A DNA stretch of 10,745 nt from Candidatus Aenigmatarchaeota archaeon (lineage in GTDB: Archaea; Aenigmatarchaeota; Aenigmatarchaeia; CG10238-14; SCSR01), in contig JAWADS010000014.1 in assembly GCA_038998625.1 (NCBI GenBank), positions 1-10,745 on the forward strand, written 5' to 3'. The position numbers and the translations under genes are program-made. The notes beneath the pieces were generated by a model. It saw only the letters and a program-made list of their open reading frames with translations, was not told the DNA's origin and did not search any database. Shown here piece by piece: positions 7,452 to 10,745 of the stretch (position 1 is the stretch's first letter; every line of letters starts with the position of its first letter).

Positions 7452-7640
7452 TTATTTATAAACAGCATGTAAAAGAAAGAATTCAAAGTAATTTTTATCA
7501 TCAAACTATGCGAATTTGAAATCTTTTACTACAAGCTTTGTTCTTGAAGCTAAAAATATATATGTTGTTCATTAATTACATTTTATCTTTCCTGCTTTAA
7601 GTTTAAAGTCCGAAATTTGAACCAATCAGTTTCTTATCTA
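7452..7640 (-). repeat. Repeat A copy 6: degenerate 3' part of the nuclease gene
   Basis: IRN*LVQISDFKLKAGK...LASRTKLVVKDFKFA*FDDKNYFEFFLLHAVYK*. Its stop codon lies 1 nt from the vapC stop codon. Confidence 0.88.
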
Positions 7641-7683
7641 TTCTGTAGAAAGATTTAAATAGTATTATATAAATATATATAAT

Positions 7684-7947
7684 ATGCAAAAATTACAATT
7701 GCTCCACTATCCGAGATTGGATACTGTGTTAATGGTAGAGGAAGCTATAAAAAAGGCTAAGGAATATCCCTCAAAAAGACAGCTTTGGCTTTCCTTACCT
7801 AAAAAAATCATGTACCAAACGTTTAACCTTATCTTGGAATATTTAGAAGAATCGGGAAAGATTGTAATAAAAGAAGGAAAAATAATCTGGATATGGAATC
7901 CTGAATTAGTAGAAAAATATCTTAAATCGAAATTAGTGATTAAATGA
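7684..7947 (+). CDS. Small winged-helix-like protein, putative antitoxin/regulator
   Basis: PRLDTVLMVEE..K...SKRQLW..LPKK.MYQTF..ILEYLEESGKI pattern. BRE + TTTAAATA at 7654-7661 (leaderless). ATGA-coupled to a RelE-like N-terminus. Confidence 0.75.
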   Translation: MQKLQLLHYPRLDTVLMVEEAIKKAKEYPSKRQLWLSLPKKIMYQTFNLILEYLEESGKIVIKEGKIIWIWNPELVEKYLKSKLVIK

Positions 7948-8120
7948 AAAATGAGAGGCAGGTTTTTGTTGTATTTGCCGATGAAAAGCTGAAAGAGGCT
8001 TTTGAAAAACTTAAAGAAAAAGATCCAACTTTGCATAAGTTCATAATCAGAGCAATAAATGATTTAAAAGAAAACCCTGATGTAACAACAGGAACTTTCT
8101 TTTGTAGAAGAATAGTTTGA
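7944..8120 (+). pseudogene. Truncated RelE/ParE-like toxin (N-terminal half only)
   Basis: MKNERQVFVVFADEKLKEAFEKLKEKDPTLHKFIIRAINDLKENP. Similarity ends at about 8078, where the frame runs into the antisense DUF2283 fragment. Confidence 0.6.
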
Positions 8121-8209
8121 AGAATTTTAACAGTAGTCTTGCTAGCATCGAGTATCTCTATTTCTATTGGTTTACCATCTCTATTGTAATGAGTGATTAT
8201 ATTTTCTTT
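8078..8209 (-). pseudogene. DUF2283-family protein C-terminal fragment
   Basis: KENIITHYNRDGKPIEIEILDASK matches the DUF2283 pattern (I.DY...G..VGIEILDAS). The 5' end is missing. Confidence 0.7.
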
Positions 8210-8234
8210 CAGAAATTGCTGGTCTGAAAAGTTT

Positions 8235-8297
8235 CTAATTACATGGAGTAGCTTCAGGGTGGTCTAGCAAAACCATAGCTTTTAGCTCGAATAGTTG
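8235..8297 (-). repeat. Repeat B copy 1: 3' end of a coiled-coil gene
   Basis: QLFELKAMVLLDHPEATPCN* is homologous to the ends at 8969-9049 and 10045-10123. Confidence 0.7.
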
Positions 8298-8330
8298 ATT
8301 ATATTTATTTTTGTGACCGAATAAAATTTT

Positions 8331-8591
8331 ATGGCCTACACAGTTGAAACAACTGAAACCTTTGAGAAGGAATTTGAAAAGAAGCATGGAGATAAGGTAG
8401 AGTGGTTAAAAAAAGTTAAGAAGAAATTACAGCAATATCCAGAATACGGAAAACCATTAAGAGGTAAATTGCATGGAATCTGGCAAATAAGAATAGGCCC
8501 ATTCAGAGTATGGTATGAGATAAATCACATAGAAAAGAAAGTCATATTGAAAGCAATCCTTCACAAGGATGAGGCGGAAAGATATTATTAA
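8331..8591 (+). CDS. relE: RelE/ParE-family toxin
   Basis: YTVETTETFEKEF...PEYGKPLRGKLHGIWQIRIGPFRVWYEI...VILKAILHK. Confidence 0.88.
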   Translation: MAYTVETTETFEKEFEKKHGDKVEWLKKVKKKLQQYPEYGKPLRGKLHGIWQIRIGPFRVWYEINHIEKKVILKAILHKDEAERYY

Positions 8592-8758
8592 CCTTCTTCT
8601 AATTCTTTTATGAATTCGTCAATATTTCTTGTTCTTCCAGCTTTTATGTCTTCCTCACTTTTTTCTAACTGCTCCATAACATATTTGTTCTGTAAAGTTT
8701 CTATAGTAGCTTCTAAACTTTCTAGATCAGCTTTAGGTATGCTTACTAGTCTTTGCAT
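8588..8758 (-). CDS. Putative RelB/YefM-C-terminal-like antitoxin, convergent with relE
   Basis: DLESLEATIETLQN..MEQLEKSEEDIKAGRTRNIDEF. The ATG at 8758 follows an SD-like GTGAT; the alternative start is 8776. Confidence 0.75.
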   Translation of the reverse strand: MQRLVSIPKADLESLEATIETLQNKYVMEQLEKSEEDIKAGRTRNIDEFIKELEEG

Positions 8759-8759
8759 T

Positions 8760-8812
8760 CTTATCACATAATTCATTATGTTCGATAATATTTAAATGTT
8801 TTATGTGATAAG
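8760..8812 (-). promoter_or_regulatory. TATA box bracketed by a perfect 12-bp inverted repeat
   Basis: cttatcacataa (8760-8771) / ttatgtgataag (8801-8812). The 29-nt spacer contains TTTAAATA (minus strand, 8789-8796). Confidence 0.6.
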
Positions 8813-8817
8813 TAGAA

Positions 8818-8875
8818 CAGTTATTAGTGTCTTATAACTCTCGAAATTGAACATAAAGCCCTTACTCTTGAAATA
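8818..8875 (-). repeat. Repeat A internal fragment (nuclease gene)
   Basis: YFKSKGFMFNFESYKTLIT matches YFISKNFTFDFENYRTPIT of copy 5. Confidence 0.8.
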
Positions 8876-8879
8876 GCAA

Positions 8880-9049
8880 CAGTTTTGAGGCGAAAGGGTA
8901 GAATATTGCTTATTTTGGCTTGAAAAGGCTATTTTTATGTTTTGGATATGGTTTTGTATTGTTATCACCTATTTTACACAAAAATTGGCTTGGGGGTTGG
9001 GTAAGCTATAGATTTTAGTTGTTCGATCTGCTTTTGCTGGGATTTTATT
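8880..9049 (-). repeat. Repeat B copy 2: coiled-coil gene end plus conserved downstream non-coding tail
   Basis: IKSQQKQIEQLKSIAYP-(frameshift)-PQANFCVK*, stop at 8969. The tail 8908-8930 matches 9986-10008 at 21/23 nt. Confidence 0.75.
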
Positions 9050-9529
9050 GAAGTGTGCAGTTCTGTTAAATAACATGTTGATATTTCGGGTGTTGCAAAC
9101 TATTGATAATTAGGAATTCAGCGTGGACCAAAATAAGCAATCAAAGTATAGGCCAGAGTAAAACATCACGCCAAAAATCAGGTCTAACTGCTAAATCTCT
9201 AACTAAACCTACAACACCGTGCACTTTGGTGCTAAATCTTGTGACAAAGCATTAGATAACCAGGATTGGATACAAGAAATCCCAAAGCAACTCCATAACC
9301 AACCTCAAGATAACCTAAAGTATACAACGCAATTTTCTTTTTATTATCTCTCGGAGTTGGCTTTATACATGCATTTCACTTGGCAATTTAATAATAATTT
9401 AACATTTTAATGTGTATCGTTAAGAGGCAACAAAACCTCTTTATATCTCTTTATATTTTAAAATCATTAGGATTTCCAACAGAGCCAAGTACGCAAAGAT
9501 TTAAGAGAAACGAACTTTAATAAATAACT

Positions 9530-9756
9530 ATGGTGAAACCAGAAAAAGAATTGATAAAAGAGTTGAGAAGTTTAAAAAAAGAAATTTCTATTATCCCAAG
9601 GATCAGTAGGAGATTGAATTACTTAAAAAAAGGCAGGAGAAAATAGTAGGGATTTTAGAAGAAAGAGAATTAACACCCGAAGCAAAAAAAGCTCTAAAAG
9701 AAGCTAGAGGTACTCCAGAAGAAAAATATATCCCACATGAAGCTGTAAAGAAATGA
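9530..9756 (+). pseudogene. Archaeal RelB-like antitoxin, frameshifted
   Basis: MVKPEKELIKELRSLKKEISII, then a frame change/stop, then EIELLKKRQEKIVGILEERELTPEAKKALKEARGTPEEKYIPHEAVKK*. TATA-like TTTAAGAG at 9500-9507. Confidence 0.65.
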
Positions 9757-9943
9757 GTTGGAAGATTATTTGGCATACAAGTTACAAGATAATCCTTTCC
9801 ATTTTCTTGAACATTATGAAGGACAAGATTTTTACAAACTTAGAATTGGCGATTATCATGCTTTGGTTGACATAGATTTTGAGAACAAAATTATTAAGAT
9901 TCGGGTCTTTGACTATAGAAAGAGAATATACAAGAGAATTTGA
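9753..9943 (+). pseudogene. RelE-family toxin with an internal deletion
   Basis: The ATGA-coupled start MSWKIIWH is joined out of frame to KLQDNPFHFLEHYEGQDFYKLRIGDYHALVDID...RKRIYKRI*. The N-terminal helices are missing. Confidence 0.78.
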
Positions 9944-9957
9944 ACTATTTTATATGA

Positions 9958-10123
9958 CAAGTTTTGGAATAGAAAAGACAAGAAAGCTTATTTTAGCTTG
10001 AAAGGGCTTAAATTGGCTTTTTGGAGAGGGGAAAAGGAAAGGTAGACCACCTGCAAAAAACAGCTTCTGGATGATCTAAAAAGCATTGCTTTTAGTTGTT
10101 CGATTTGTTGCTGAGCTTTTATT
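9958..10123 (-). repeat. Repeat B copy 3: coiled-coil gene end plus non-coding tail
   Basis: IKAQQQIEQLKAML-(frameshift)-LDHPEAVFCR. ttttagttgttcgat is shared exactly with 9013-9027, and the tail is shared with 8880-8930. Confidence 0.75.
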
Positions 10124-10156
10124 ACCATTTGGCTTAAAAAGCTGAAATTTTTTGGT

Positions 10157-10528
10157 TTAGCTAGGGGGAATTTGAATTCTAGAGCGTTCACCTTTCAACA
10201 GTCTGATCACAAGCTTGCTTTCTAATTTTCTAAATGTGCAAATTTTTGAATATTTCTTTACCCAATAGCTTATTGTTCTTTCCGGAATTTTTATGTGAAA
10301 TTTTTTCGCTATTAGTTCTGATACTTCTTTTCGTGAATAACCTAAATTATAAAAAGTTATTGCATGCAATATTATTTTTTCTGGATATTTTGTCTTCTTT
10401 ATTTTTGCTAAGGTAAATGTTTTATTACAATTTTTGCAGAGATAAAGTTGGGTTTGTTTAAGTTTTTCTTTTCTTATACCTTTTTTAATTATGTTTATTG
10501 AGCTACAATTTGGGCAATTTATTTCCAT
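10157..10528 (-). pseudogene. IS1/IS6-like Zn-finger + HTH N-terminus; probable truncated 5' part of the nuclease gene whose 3' ends form repeat A
   Basis: CPNCSS..IIKKG.R......YLCKNCNKTF zinc ribbon and HTH (YNLGYSRKEVSELI...IPERTISYWVKKY). No DDE domain follows. It is on the same strand as all repeat A copies. The link to repeat A is inferred from my recollection of Zn-finger-HTH-PD-(D/E)XK fusion proteins. Confidence 0.65.
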
Positions 10529-10550
10529 AAATAAATGTTTAATTTTAGGT

Positions 10551-10623
10551 TTTAAATATTGCCGGCAAAATTTGATGCTTAAGCAACGAAAATTGCCGGC
10601 AGTTTAAGCAACGTAGATTGCCG
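10551..10623. promoter_or_regulatory. TATA box and iterated palindromic sites upstream of the Zn-finger/HTH gene
   Basis: TATTTAAA (minus strand, 10551-10558). attgccggca at 10558-10567 and 10592-10601, attgccg at 10617-10623, ttaagcaacg at 10579-10588 and 10604-10613. Confidence 0.6.
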
Positions 10624-10718
10624 TTGAAATTGGGAAAATTGAGGAATTTTGCTGGATTTTTTGGAGTTTTCGGGGTTTGGGCTGAATAAATATAAAACGG
10701 GTTAATAAATAATTCTAT

Positions 10719-10745
10719 CTATTTAATCTTTAAAGTACCTCCACC
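10719..10745 (-). CDS. Possible 3' end of an upstream gene running off the window
   Basis: Minus strand reads GGGTLKIK* from the window edge. Only 9 codons are visible. Confidence 0.25.
   Translation of the reverse strand, partial: GGGTLKIK

Larger units (their letters stand above)
1701..10623. mobile_element. Accessory island: TA/defence cassette array punctuated by repeated gene 3' ends
   Basis: Eight TA-type modules plus remnants, separated by co-oriented minus-strand copies of two gene-end families. Many pseudogenes. Bounded on the left by a housekeeping GTPase. Confidence 0.75.

Noticed and set aside
5856..7510. TAG recoded as an amino acid (TAG at the Trp position in three copies)
   Set aside because: TAG terminates the apparently real gene 6865-7062. 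The affected copies are 5'-truncated fragments, two with further lesions, and TGG-to-TAG is a single transition.
1701..7640. Repeat A as a CRISPR array or integron attC sites
   Set aside because: The spacing is 0.6-1.5 kb and contains genes. The copies translate into a conserved peptide with synonymous variation. No cas or intI gene and no attC-like R/L box hairpin is visible.
8200..8276. IS66 transposase remnant (LLDHPEATPCN*..RPAISERK)
   Set aside because: LDHPEA is better explained as repeat B, which has two homologous copies in the window and ends at that stop codon.
9219..9410. 63-aa ORF (GTG start)
   Set aside because: It has no recognisable motif, promoter or coupling, and its composition is unlike the real genes here.
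9422..9441. Hairpin aagagg-N8-cctctt
   Set aside because: The stem is only 6 bp, and there is no supported gene for it to terminate.
9988..10191. 67-aa ORF as a real gene
   Set aside because: It is a fusion of decayed sequence and repeat B copy 3, with a frameshift before LDHPEA.
139..10416. ORFs 139-387, 1925-2119, 5278-5535, 5897-6145, 6991-7278, 7707-8036 and 10234-10416
   Set aside because: They are antisense shadows of better-supported genes, with the F/S/L/I-rich composition typical of reverse frames in AT-rich DNA.

Overview
This is a low-GC, probably archaeal (DPANN-like) window: many genes have a BRE/TATA box about 23-32 nt upstream of the ATG. A housekeeping GTPBP1-type translational GTPase (74-1645) borders a ~9 kb island of small toxin-antitoxin/defence modules: AbiEi-AbiEii, PIN-UPF0175, MNT-HEPN, Doc plus a tiny Phd-like peptide, VapBC, wHTH-RelE-like and two RelBE-like pairs. 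Several of these are broken. The main unannotated structure is the spacer DNA. Most modules are separated by a minus-strand copy of the 3' end of one gene, a RecB-like PD-(D/E)XK nuclease ending ...LASRTKLxVKDFKCAWFDDKNYFEFYPLHAVYK*. There are six copies that reach the stop codon and two internal fragments. A truncated Zn-finger/HTH ORF that may be the 5' end of the same gene heads the array at 10157-10528, behind palindromic sites. A second spacer family (3 copies) is the 3' end of a coiled-coil gene ending ...QIEQLKAMxxLDHPEAxxC. The layout resembles an integron or orphan-cassette array, but the repeated sites are protein-coding gene ends from distinct alleles. Family names come from motif recognition only; no database searches were run.
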